From contig CP154954.1 in the NCBI GenBank assembly GCA_039621445.1, positions 11,836,716 to 11,900,715 of the forward strand: a stretch of DNA of 64,000 nt. The letters are read 5' to 3'. This stretch comes from Euglena gracilis. Taxonomy: Eukaryota. Made by a program: the position numbers and the translations under genes. The notes under the pieces are model-generated. The model made no database searches and was not told where the DNA came from. It saw nothing but the letters and a program-made list of their open reading frames with translations. Of the stretch, positions 38,545 to 50,584 are shown one piece after another; positions within the stretch are counted from its first letter, which is position 1; each line of letters begins with the position of its first letter.

Positions 38545-38989
38545 GAGCCGTATGTGGCTTTTGGTTCTCCTGTCAACAGGGGTGTGGGAAAGGAGGTGCG
38601 AAATAACGCAATAACGCGCAAAAGTGGTTAACCGCTTTTGTGGTGCCTACTTTTTGTGGCAAAGGGGTGGAAGTGGAAGAGCCCATTGGAAAATTGGGCT
38701 GGAAGGTTTCAATTCCAGAAAGTACCATCCACCCAGTTTGGGGTGTGTCTATGACACGCGGGGAGGTCTCACTCCATAATCGGAAAAGATTGAAGGGTAG
38801 GGTGTGGAAGGAGGGGGCACCTGGCCAGTCATATCTAACCAGGGAGAAAGACCTATTTACAAAACCAACTGCCGGCGCCAGCGATGTTTTGCCCAGGGGG
38901 TAAAGGAGAGAGGAGTGGGGGGCTGTTCAAAAGTCGTTCGTCAGAAGTTTTGCTGTCTGGCAGTCTTATGTGGCCTTATAGCCGAAAAG

Positions 38990-39212
38990 ACCGCCAACTC
39001 AGGGGCATGGCTAAATTGTCGCCTTTCTCAAGCTCTTGGAACCCATATGGAACATGTTGACCATCACCTAGCACTCCATTGGTGGCTTGGGCTCCCACTG
39101 CTCAACCCCAACGAGGTGGACAACACTTGTGCCCAATGTACAGCCTGCTTGGATGCATGGGGAGACCATGCAATTACCTGCAAGACCAATGGTCTAACTC
39201 AACGTCACACTC
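38990..39212 (+). pseudogene. CRE-clade non-LTR retrotransposon fragment (zinc knuckle)
   Basis: ALHWWLGLPL...CAQCTACLDAWGDHAITCKTNGLTQRH, homologous to the CPKC...GHHLVCC...RRH region of ORF 44224-45645. Confidence 0.75.
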
Positions 39213-39631
39213 CAAGACTGGTTACTTGCCACAACACGATCCGGCAGTCGGCCGACCAGTCGGCCGACTACCCACTCTAATGTACTAACAGGTCAAAACC
39301 GCCGACTTTTAAGCCCCCCCTGGGAATTTTTTTTTGTCTAAATCACCTCAACACCAGTCAAAACCCACCCAAATGGCTCCAGAACCCCCCAATCGGGGGT
39401 GAATATGCAAAAAAAAATTGGGGAAAATGTCCATTTTGGGCCACTTTTGACAAAAGTACACCTCTCCCCATTGAATTTTCAATATAAGTGAAAATTTGAT
39501 ATAAAAAAAAGGTCTTATCAAGCCAAGTATATTGCCAACATAGAAGGGATTTTGTTATTTGAGGGGGGGTGCGGGGGGGGCCTACCCCGCCTATGCCAAA
39601 ATGAGCCACAAAAACGACTTACCCCCGAGTA

Positions 39632-39811
39632 CCACCCGCCCCCCCCCCCCATATTGTCCCAACCACCTTCCCACTGGGACCCCAAATGGACAATATGGGG
39701 GGGGGAGACAATATGGGGGTACCAAAGGAAATTTCATCGGCCGAGCCAAAAAAGCCCCCCGTCGGCCAGGCCGAGGGACAATATGGGGGGGGGGACAATA
39801 TGGGGGGGGGG
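39632..39811. mobile_element. TA-targeting MITE related to 36737-36915
   Basis: TIR CCACCC..ATATTGTCCC / GGGACAATATGGGG. It sits in the TA of GAGTATGTTGCC, whose uninterrupted form occurs in the repeats at 30770-31015 (reverse strand). Confidence 0.85.
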
Positions 39812-42800
39812 TATGTTGCCAACACAGAAGGGATTTTGTTATTTGAGGCTTGGATGGGGGTGGAGGGGGGAGTTTTCTGCCTCTCGTGATGCAGAATGCT
39901 TGCATTCCTAAAGGATTTTCATGTAATCCCTGTTTCATCAGTGGTTTTTTCCCCCTCCGGACCCCCATCAAGGAGGGCCCACCGACCCCCCCACTGACCA
40001 AAGATTTCCATTTGGGGGTGTTTATTTAGGCGTAAGACACTTATTTGGGCTCCGTGCGGAATCCTGGCCATGCTACTTCTGGAGGTCGGGCCGACCTAGG
40101 TCGGGCCGACCATTGGCCATGGCTTATCGACCTCTGGAGGTCGGGCCGACCAGGTCAGCCCGACCTCCAATAATCCGCAATACCCCCCCCCTTTTGGAAA
40201 TTTAAGCCCCCCCCCCCAAATTTGATTCTCTTATTTCAATTCGAAATGAACGTAAACCCATCGCAATGTCCTAAAAAAACGTCCCAAATTCAAAAAAATT
40301 GTGAAAAATGGCTAAATCAGGTGAGCCAATGACAAAAATTCCTTTGGTGTGCAATGCCCAAACCCTAACCCTACCCCTACCCTGACCCTGACCCTGACCC
40401 AAACCCTGACCCTAACCCAGCTCTTTCATCCCACATTGAAAAAAAAATTGAAAAACGCGAACTTAGTTGGCCTACGGCCTCCTCTGGGGGGGGGGGCTGA
40501 CGCCCCCCGGACCCCCCGCCTAAAATAGCAAACTCCCCTTCTGTGTGCAAGGCAAGGATGGCCAAAACAAGTATCTTCTTTGAGGCCAGAAGATTTTTTG
40601 ATGTTTATAGCCGGCTGTTCAGAAACGTGATAAATTGGCCCCTACCAGCTACACCAAAGAGCCGCCCAACTAGGGTTAATACACATGGGGGGACCCTTGC
40701 TCGGCGCCTTTGGCACCTCGCTCGGGTCCCCCCATGTTTTTAACCCTAGTTGGGCGGCTCTTTGGGGGTGAGGCGGGTTGCGGGGGGGGGGGGGGGTGCG
40801 GGGGGGTTGCGGGGGGGGGGGGGGGGGTTGCGGGGGAAAAACCGATTTTTCCAGGTCAAAATTAGGAATCACCAAGTCGCAAAATTTGATGATGCCACCA
40901 AAAATTAGGCATTCCCACACATCAAATTAGGATTTCGGTTCCAAATTGGGCATCGCCAACCCAAAATTTTGACCCATTTGCCCCGATTGGAGCCAAAAAT
41001 GTGCACGACAACTATATTTTAACCAAAATTAGACATCTCCCACCCGAAAGAAATTTTCCCAGAACTGGGCATCCGGTCGGGTTGCGGGGGGGTTGCGGGG
41101 GGGGGGTTGCGGGGGGGGTTGCGGGGGGAACACCCCCTTTGGGTTCGCAGGGTACCTTGTAGAGACCAATCTAACAACGTTGAGCGGGAAATGTTCTGCT
41201 GTTTGGATAAGAATCGTAACCCTAACCCTACTCCTTCAAATACCGTCAGAAATTCTTTTTTACCACAGGTTGATGCCATCAGGAATTCTTTTTGTGCTAA
41301 AATTGCGCTATTTATGCTCCACAGGGTTTGGCCAAGGTTTTGGATGCTTTTGAAATTGGCTCAGCCTCTTCCTCAAACCAGCTGATATGCAATGTGGGCA
41401 TGTCGTTTCGTAGCCTATGGCATGCTGTACATAACCACAATAGTGGATCATTTTCCTGGAAATCCAGGACGAAATTTCCTCCAAAAATATTGGGCAAATA
41501 CCCTTGGAGATTTCGCGTTCCAAAAACGCCAAGTGTGGCTGGTGGTGAATATACCGAGTTGATCCCGGTGGAACAAGGGCTTGATCCACTTGTTCAGCCA
41601 GGGGTCACTGCTGTTACGGATCATATTGATACTAGCCTGGCGAGTTTGCAGGGGGTCTACTCTGGACAGTACGTCCTCAGTCCAAAATGGCTCGTTGGCC
41701 TCATGAGGGACATTTGATCTTATCGATCTGATTGTGGGTTTGCGCTTAGCGCCTTCAGAGGTTGCAGCCACATAGCTGGCCATTGGTATCGTGGGCCTAT
41801 GGCCTGCGCCAGAGCCATCTCCACCAGGGGGTGGTGGCTCATCATCCCGCCGCCTTTCAGCGGGCTTGCAGCCTTTGGCTGAGGGTTTAGCCTTAGGCTT
41901 TTAATTCTTTCCATATCGGCGTTCTTGCCTAGGGTCTGCTGGAGGCAGTGGTCTTTCCACCGTTGGCGGTGCCGGAGCTGCCGATTTGGCAGGAGGTGGT
42001 TTCCGCCGTTGGCGGTGCTGGTGCTCTGCACACGCAACCCGGACAGCATAAGCTTCCACCATAACGCATATGTGCGCAATTGCACAGCATTGGTTTGTGG
42101 CGATTGCCTACTGGCATGGTCCAATATGGACAATTTCCGCTGGACGGAAAATGGTTATGACAAGGACATACCTGTCCGTTGCATCAACTGCCTACAGGCA
42201 AACTTCTGGTTACCTGCCACTGGCGGTATGACTAGATTCATACCAGAAAATGAAGACCATCTGGTCAATTTCAAGCAGGATTATAAGTCCCAAATCAATT
42301 TCTACTAGTTCAAGAAATTCAAAGCTGTACACAGCTACCGCACAGGCGGAATCGCCGAAGATTTTCATCTTGACAGCGCAGTTGTCCGACTCGCAGTCGA
42401 GTCAGCAGGCAAGGCCAAAGTGCCATATATTTTTCAAGACTCCGATTGGGATAGGGTGATATACCCACTTTTTCAGGCACAAACTTTGCCAAACCGATCA
42501 GGTTATACATTTCTGTTGCCTGAATACCCCCCTGAGGCCTACAAAATGAAATTTACCGATTGGGTAAGAGAAATTTTAAGGCCATTCACAATACGAGCGC
42601 GAGTCGTAGGCTGGCGTTGCAAGGCAGATCCTGCCGTTTACCCGGGGATACCCCCACACGTTCAATGCAACCACCCCCGCCTGAATTTTTGGATCTGGCC
42701 GGCAATGTTGCCACTTTGCTTCTGGGATAACCTCCAAAATTTTCTGCATCGAGAAGCCAACAGGCTCGGAGTACGATTACCTGATGGGTACACGCAAACC

Positions 42801-43989
42801 TGGGAATCACCCGACTACGATGGATGATCCTGAAAGGCAACTTGTAAATTTCGAACCCCCGATCCTGGAGATAGTGGAAACTCCTGAAGCAGATTACGTG
42901 CGGGAGATCAGACCCCCGACTCCCAGGAAATGGCCATTTGTGCCATAGATATCCCAGGCCTACAGGCCACAGGTCCATGGTTCCTGTTCTGACCTCTCCA
43001 TCAGGCCTATAGGCCCTGTATTAGGTATCCACCCCAGGCACATCTGCCAATATGTATTTATACTTTACATATATCCCCTCTCCTTTCGGCTATTGCCCGT
43101 CCATCGAGGTATAAGCCTCTGGGGATACCCCATCGACAGGCGGTGGAAAACATTATTGCACGCTCCCTTTTTGCCAACCAAATTGGCTTGGCTCGGAATC
43201 AAATCTCCATTGGACTACCAAGAGGTAGCGAGTTATGTGCGCTATGAAACCGCGCCATTCCTTATGACAATCTGGAAATTCTGCCGCTTGACTTCAAGGT
43301 TCGCCTTGCAAGTCTCCGATACCGACTTGGGCAAGAAGTCCAACCACTGAAGGACTGGTACGAAACGCCCTCCTCCATCCAGCGAGCGAGTCTGCAAGAA
43401 ACTCGACAAAAAATTTGGCAAGACCGCATGAACGCCCAGAGACAGAGATAAAAGGAATGGAAGCAAACTGGCAGCCACCGAGATCTGTGTCGCAAAAGCT
43501 TACATGGAAAGATTCCAACTTAGGTGGGTTTGGCTTTTTCCGCCAGGTTTTGGGCGTCATTCTGACTCCAGCCCAGCAGCTGGCTGAACCCCCCCCCCCC
43601 CGAGTAACAAGTTGGGAGCTATTATTACGGTGTGCGCGCTGTACGCTGTGCGTCCTCTGTCTGGCGGCATATATGCTGAGGGAAAGCTTCACAGCACGGC
43701 GCGGACACGATGTCTCCTTGTGAAAGTGATATTTTTTTTCCGACTTGCCGGTGCCGGTGCGGAGGAGTGCTTCACGGTGGGCAGCACAGCTTCACCCAAA
43801 CCGTGCCCCGGGCCCAGGGAAACGTCTCTTTTGGCCCTCGCCACAAGAGGAACCCCCTTGTGACTCCCTGTGCCGCCACAGGTCGCGGGTAGATTATACT
43901 GTGGGTGTAATGTACAAAGGAGCTGAGTGAACCTGTTGTGGAGGTCAGTGGTTAGCGGAAGATGAGCAAAGGTCACCTTCAATATATAT

Positions 43990-45650
43990 TGGGCGGGGAG
44001 GGGGGCGTGTGTACCGGTTTTGCCACAGGATGGCGTGTTTGTGTCGGGTTTTGGGTTTTGTTGTGTTTTGCTTCTCTGCGTGTGTATGTGATATGTGACC
44101 CATGGATTTGTCTTTGGCTCGGCGTGTGGCTCTGCTCAGCTCAGGGGGTAACTACGGGTTAAAAACTTGGCAGGTGAGAGTTCAAGGTTGGTTATTTGGT
44201 TGAGAGTTTGTGCTCAAAGGCCTTCAGGCAGAATAGGGTGAGTGGGCAGAAGACAGGGTGATCTCATCTTTGGAAGAATACAAGCTCCAAACGAGCTGTC
44301 TGCTGATTTCTCTGATAAGTGTGAAGGACAGGCCTTGCCAAATGTCTGCTTCTGCGGCCCGCCGTTGCCACCCTTCCCGCTGCCCCAGAAGGGCCTTGTG
44401 GAGGGTGGCCATTAAGGAGCGCGCTTCTTGTCCCATGCCCCCATAGCAATCCATGACGAATGGCGTCAACCGCCAGCCCAGTCGTTGGCATGTTGCATCA
44501 TATTTGGCATGCTTTTCAGCCTCCTGACGTGTTTGCCATTGTGAAAGGCTCTCTGCACTTCGCAGCGGATGACTTTGCGCAAGGGTGTGGCGGATTGTCA
44601 CATCCACTGCAACGGGTCCGTCACTGTCCAAGCGAGGAATGAAGATATCCCCAGGCCGGGAACAGTCATCAGCTCGTTGTTCTTTACGGGCTGTAAATCC
44701 TGCCTTCTGTGTTGTGGTTGTCAGAAAATCTTGTACCGCCCCATGCCGCCGGGTGATGAAGTTTGATTTGCAGCAAACGAGGTGGTGTCCGAGAAAATCT
44801 GACTGTCCAAAGCATTTGGGACAGAGGTTGGGATCGGATTCCATTGGTGTGAGAGTCATTCCAAGGGACCAACGAAGTGTGCAGCGGAATTCAGCCGTGG
44901 GTAACAGGGTGCGGAGTCCTTGAGACGGTGTCAAAGCGGCCCATGCCATAGCGTGTGGTTGGCATTGGCTTGCAAAGCGTACAGCATCAGGTCCATTCAA
45001 TGTGTCCCGAAGTGTTTTCTGGCGGGCAAGCATGCTCTGCTGATTCCACCAACGTTGTGAATTGTGTGGAGACTGTGCCTGAGGGATCAAATTTTTGTCA
45101 GTGGCCCATTGTGGCAGTGGGGCTATTTGACCAAGTTCATTGAGGGCTGCCCGTAAACAATCAGCAGTGTCTTTGGGAAGGATGTCCAAGGCAGCGGGCA
45201 GGCCCAAGACAGAGGGAGCTCTTCGACAGAAGTCCACCACTTGAGACAATCTGGCTGGCACACGTTGAAATAGTGGATCCGAGATCCCCAGTCCACCGCA
45301 TCTGATGGCCAGGGAAACTTGCAACCATTCTTCTGGAGTGCAAGGGGAGCCGACCATGCCACTGAATGTTTCCCGAAAAATTCCCGACAATGTCTTGCAT
45401 GCCGCTGTTGCAGAGGTGATTTTGCAGGCGCGCAAGAGGTCATTCACTTTGCAAGCAGATAAACAAAAACGAAGCAAGGTGAATTGCACATGCGATTGAG
45501 GTAGGTGCTGAAGTACTGTGCAACAACGTCGGATGTCTGCAATGCGCTTATTCCAAACTTCGTCACAGAAGCGGTCATCTTGGGGGTGGTGGACAGGGAC
45601 CCCCAAAGTGAAAGTGATAGGAATCGCGTGATTATATAAAGGCAATGCCG
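43990..45650 (-). mobile_element. 5'-truncated CRE-clade (REL endonuclease) non-LTR retrotransposon
   Basis: ORF 44224-45645 followed by a ~230-nt 3' UTR ending at a (TA)n stretch near 43982-43990. Confidence 0.88.
44224..45645 (-). CDS. CRE-like polyprotein C-terminus: RT thumb, CCHC zinc knuckle, restriction-like endonuclease (no true start, truncated)
   Basis: LGVPV, LLRFCLSACKVNDLLR, LAIRCGGLGI, CPKC..GHHLVCC..RRH, RPGDIFI..VAVDVT, EAEKHAKY, PFVMDCYGGMG. Confidence 0.88.
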   Translation of the reverse strand: MPLYNHAIPITFTLGVPVHHPQDDRFCDEVWNKRIADIRRCCTVLQHLPQSHVQFTLLRFCLSACKVNDLLRACKITSATAACKTLSGIFRETFSGMVGSPCTPEEWLQVSLAIRCGGLGISDPLFQRVPARLSQVVDFCRRAPSVLGLPAALDILPKDTADCLRAALNELGQIAPLPQWATDKNLIPQAQSPHNSQRWWNQQSMLARQKTLRDTLNGPDAVRFASQCQPHAMAWAALTPSQGLRTLLPTAEFRCTLRWSLGMTLTPMESDPNLCPKCFGQSDFLGHHLVCCKSNFITRRHGAVQDFLTTTTQKAGFTARKEQRADDCSRPGDIFIPRLDSDGPVAVDVTIRHTLAQSHPLRSAESLSQWQTRQEAEKHAKYDATCQRLGWRLTPFVMDCYGGMGQEARSLMATLHKALLGQREGWQRRAAEADIWQGLSFTLIREISRQLVWSLYSSKDEITLSSAHSPYSA

Positions 45651-45739
45651 ATGCCTAATTTATCAGTAACAGGGGATTGTAGGCTGATAGCGGACCCAGG
45701 GTTTATTCTGGTTTTTTGGATTCAAGAGGATCCAGTGAG

Positions 45740-45818
45740 TTTGTTTTTCATTTCATTTTTCAACTCTTGCCATTCTTTTTTTCCCACAATCGTTGGAGTT
45801 TGATGGTCCCTCCGCCAG
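45740..45818 (+). promoter_or_regulatory. Polypyrimidine tract and candidate spliced-leader trans-splice acceptor (CAG 45816-45818)
   Basis: T/C-rich tract at 45740-45785 followed by CAG 55 nt upstream of the ATG at 45874; euglenids trans-splice mRNAs. Confidence 0.4.
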
Positions 45819-45873
45819 ATCCGCTAAGCCCTTCCAAATCCAACTTCTTCCTAGTGGTTTCTCCCAGAGCAGA

Positions 45874-48800
45874 ATGATGGTTCACGCTCTCCACCACCAC
45901 CACCATGCCGCCACCGGCCGTCGTGAGTACCACCCTGATGTGGTTTTGTACCTTCTCACCATCCTTCTCCTCTGTCTTGCCCTCCTCCTGGGGTTCATTT
46001 CACTGTTTGTTCCGTGGGTTCAAAAGGATATCGCTATCGGCACCCGTGTCTTTTCGTACCCATTCACGACGTGCTATATGCAAACCTTCAGCCCTGTGCA
46101 TCAGCAGACTTGCATGGACAACGACTTCATTATCGGCCCCAAGGGTGCCCCATTAACCGGAGGAAACAATACGTGCAAGGAATTCCTCCTTGTTGCGATC
46201 GGCCTTGGGTTCGTTGCCTTCCTTGTTGCATTTCTGACAAGGGTTTCGGAAGCCCCGCTCCCAGTTTCAGGTCGGCTTTGGAGGTTGTGCAGACCAGGTC
46301 GCACCCCCCACGAACAAACAAATGGTGTTTGTTTGACCTCATGAACGAATAATATCCATTAAGCTCCCCCACTTGAACTACAATTTAAACTCTTCGTTGT
46401 TTTCTTGCCTCATGGGCTTCCGAGAACAACCCCACTGATCCAAATGCCTCCCCCCCCCCCATAATTGAGAATGAAAAAGGGTACTTGTCTGTCGATCCAC
46501 GGCAAAACAGGTCAATTCACACCTGTTTTTGGCCACTTTGGGTCACTGATGGACAGGGAAAGCACAAAACAGGGTCAGAAGATGCGGCTGGTGTCGGCAC
46601 AGGGTCTGGGGAGTTTGTGGAGCATAGCACATAGCACACATAGCTACCCACAGGCATGGGTTGCAGGGGAACGCCCTATTCCGAACCCTATCCCTGACCC
46701 TAAACCTATCCCTAACCCAAATCCCTTACCGTATCCGTGACCCTAACCCTAACCCGACCTCTCCCCAACCGTATCCCTAACCCTAACCCTAATCCAATCC
46801 CAAACCCTATCCCTGACCCTAACCCTATTCCTAACCGTATCCTTAACCCTTCGGGCGGCAGCCCAAACCGGCGTTCTGAGCCACGGATTCACGCCCAAAC
46901 CAGGGGTTTTCTTAAGCCGGAGGGGACCCCACCCCGGGGGGGGGGGGCGGTCCAGCCATCCAGGAGCCCAAATTCGGGCTGAGAGCCCCCCCCCCCCCCG
47001 GGGGAGTGAAATGAAGTTGGGCCCAGCCCGGCCAGAGGCTGGGCAGCCGGCCGAAGGTTGGGTATGTGGGCCAGCCGGCGCAAGGCAGTAGACTGGGGGG
47101 GGGGGTAGTGGGTAGTCGGCCGACTACCCAATTGGTCCGACTACCGAATTCGTCGGGGGGGGGGACAATATGGGGGGGGGTGGTATTGCCCATTTTTTGA
47201 TGTGTTGGTGTTTCCCCCCCAAAAAATGTTCAAAAATTTTTTAAAAAATGCGCATTTTTGGATTGATTTTTTTTTAAAAAGCAGGGATTTTTGACCGATT
47301 TCGACCCGATTTCTGGCCCTTTGCCCATACATGAAATCGAAAAATCCCCCCCCCCAGTTTCATGGTTAGGAGGAGGGGTCCGACCCCCCTGTGTCGGGAG
47401 GGGGGGTTCGACCCCCCCCCTCAAGGCTTCCCATCCATCCCTGAGGCACTCCAAGGCACAAAAATCCGACCCCCCTGTGGGGGCCACACAGACCCGGTGC
47501 TGAAGGCGCCGGGGAGCCAAAAAATGGCCTACTTTCAAAGGAATGTGCCTGGGCACAGGGCGAAATCCGACCCCCCTGGGGGGCAGTGCCTGCCTCGGCA
47601 CTCCGGACCCCCCCCCCGGGGTTGGTAAAAAAAACGGCCCCATAACCTGCCCCTGGTCCCAGGTTGCAGGTTATGGGGGGTGTTACGACCCCCCCCCCCC
47701 CCGGTCGCAGGTTGCAGGAACCCGGTCGTACGACAAGGGGGGGGGGCAGGTAAGACACATCCGACCAGTTTTTGCCATTTTTTTGGCCCATTTTTGAACC
47801 CCCAAAAGCCAAAAACCCGTCTAACCACCCTTTGGAATGGAGTGGGGGAGGGAGGTCCGGGGCTGGAATAAGGCTCCTGGCTGAAACGGCTGCTGGCTGG
47901 CTGGACCCCCATGTCCTGGGACCTGGACCTGGGGGGATGGGTCCTTTTCGGCTTTAGCGACGCCCTGGCCTGGTCGGCCTGCCAGTCAGCCTGAGGTCAT
48001 GCCGACCTGTTGGGAGTTTGGAACAACAGGTCCAGCGGGAGCAGCCCCCCCCCCCAAATACATCAGCAGGGTGAGACCCCCAACGGATCGAGCCAGAGCG
48101 AAGGGCTGGTGGTGTGGGGGTTAATGCAGTGGACTGGGCATCTTGCTTGCTTGCTTGCTTGCTTGCTTGACCACCAGAGGTCAGCCCAGCAAAACCGTCA
48201 CGGCCAAAAATCCGCCTAAGGTGCTCTGAAACACCCCAGCCTGTCCTCCATTTCCTTGTCTTCTTGTCGGGCATTGAAATGGGGCCGAAACTCTTCCGCT
48301 GGTCTTATTTCTACTTGTGTTTGTGATCCTCAGGGTGTGGTCACGCCCTTTGATCCTGGCCATTATTTGCCAGGTCCAGGCATTTTCTGAAGTCACGATG
48401 TCCACGGATCCAAGGTTGACGTTTTTTTTTAGGGCAAAAAAAAGATATGTGTGTTTTCAAAAAAATATTTTTTTAAAAATAAACAACAAAAAAACGTCAT
48501 CAAGGGTCCCAGGAATTTTTTTTGAAAAGGACTTCTTTTGGACAATAATGCCAGATATTTCCTGTTTCTGGGTGCCGAAATCCTCTAGATCCTGGTTGCA
48601 TTTGGGAAAATGCCAACTTTAGTTCAAAATTTTTATATTATTTTTCAAAAATCTTAACTTGAGCATTTGCCCCAACAGTGCCCTCAACAGGATTTACAAA
48701 AAACCGACAGTTTCTATGTCAAGAACTGTATTTGGGCCAAGAGTTAGGGGGAGCCCAGGAGCGACTGCGGCGCCTTCCGCGCCGCGGTCGCTCCTGGGCT

Positions 48801-50453
48801 CAGTCACCTATAGCTAAAATGGCCTAAAGTGGCCTAAAATGACTTTTTGACCCCCTATAAGTGGGGGTCCCCAAAATGGCTGAAAATGGCCTAAAATAGC
48901 CTAAAATGGCCTAAAATGGCCAAAATGGGAAAATTCTGTTGCACAATAATTTTTTTGTGAACAATTGAAGCCATTCAGGCTATGACTTTCGGTGTCTTTT
49001 GTTAATGTGGACGGCGAACAGTGGATTTGGTGGAGGTACAGCCCCACAAGGCCCATGCTTTAATCCCAACTAATAATAGCATCAGTCCCCAAATAACACA
49101 GTCTCCAACCTTTTTTGGTAGCTGAATTTTGAAGGTTTGGACTGAAGTATTTTTTCTTATTCCCAAATTTTTTTTGGTGGGGAACAATGCTTATTGTCCC
49201 TGGGCCCCGGCCGACGGGGGATTTTTTGGCCTGGCCAATGAAAATTCCTTTGGTACACCCTTATTGTCCCCCCCCTTGTTGTCCGGTCGGGCCTCCCGGG
49301 GAGAGGTCGGTGGGACAATACCATGCCCCCCCCCCCATATAAGACCCCCCCTCGGGAGCCAAAATCCTAGGGGGGGGGTCTTATATGGGGGGGGTCTTAT
49401 ATGGGGGGGTCGGTCCCGGCCAAAGGGCCGGCCTTCGGCCGGCCAGGGGGGGGTCTTATATGGGGGGGGTCTTATATGGGGGGGGTATGGGGAGCCTTGC
49501 AAGCGACGAGGTTGGACATTTATCTCGCTGGTGATGGACTGCTACTGTGGCATGAGTGAAGCAGGCCAAGGATTCGTCTCCACATGCATCCGCCTCCAAA
49601 CAAGCCAACACAACGGCTGGGAGAGGCGGGGTGTGGAGGCTAGTGCATGGCAGGGGCTTGGAATGGCTTTCCTGAGCAACTGCTTGATTGCAGTAGCACT
49701 GGTACGCATTCCCCGTATTTCTGAGTGTGACTTCATCCAAATGCACCTTCCACCTCTATCACCTCCACGACCTTCGGTGGCCCACACAAAACAATGGCCG
49801 CGGGGCCATCTTTCTTACATGCCACACTCGGACGGCTCTGAAACCAAAAACACCAAGAGAAATCAGCAAACGACACAAACACGCCCAGTGGCAAGCAAAG
49901 CACACACCCCCCCGCGCCCCGCCGCCTATAGGTAGAGAGAGACAGAGAGACAGAGAGAGAGACAGATAGACGAAGAGTAGAGAGAGAGAGAGAGAGAGAG
50001 AGAATAAGAGAGAGAGAGAAAAGAGAGAGAGAGAGAGAGGAGAGAGGAGAGGAGAAAGAGAGAGACAGAGAGAGAGAGACAGAGAGAGGAGAGAGACAGA
50101 GAGACACAGATAGAGAGAGACAGAGATATAATATACAGAGAAAATAGAAAATAGAGAGAGATAGAAGAGAATAAGAGAAAGATATATAGATAAGAGATGA
50201 GAGAGAATAGTATCAGGGAGAGGGAGATAGATATAAGAAACAAGAAGAGGAAAGCGGGAGAGGGAGTAGAGGGAGAGGGAGAGGAGAGGAGACAAGAAGA
50301 AATATACAGAGAGGATAGAGAGAGGGATAGAGAACAGAGGACAGAGAGAATATATATACATAGAGATACGATATAACAGAGTAACAGGAGAGATACATAT
50401 ATATACAGATAGAGAGAGGCAGAGAATACAGCTAGAGAGATAAAGAGAGGGAT

Positions 50454-50488
<35 letters not shown>

Positions 50489-50522
50489 GAGAGAGAGAGA
50501 GATCTCTAAAGGAAGAGTCGAG

Positions 50523-50584
<62 letters not shown>

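Larger units (their letters stand above)
33450..38550 (-). mobile_element. Decayed, internally rearranged Ty3/gypsy-like LTR retrotransposon carrying C5-cytosine and Dam-like methyltransferase domains
   Basis: Restored order: gag-like GK-rich region (38150-37500, -), C5-MTase, Dam-like MTase, aspartic protease ILIDTG (36032-36049, +), RT (WLSQTFPVPKK...WRGVADLRGTNSQT on + to ~37145, continuing on - from ~34277 RRCSYPLPKIEDIL...FSIIDLKQAFHQ...GCIDDIL), RNase H LRVDASGYAVGATLEQ (~33525-33575, -). Stops and frameshifts are present; no integrase was seen because the 3' end is truncated. Confidence 0.88.

Noticed and set aside
33450-38550. Classification of the MTase-bearing element as DIRS
   Set aside because: It has a DTG aspartic protease before RT and the MTases lie upstream of pol; no tyrosine recombinase was seen (the 3' end is missing, so not absolutely excluded)
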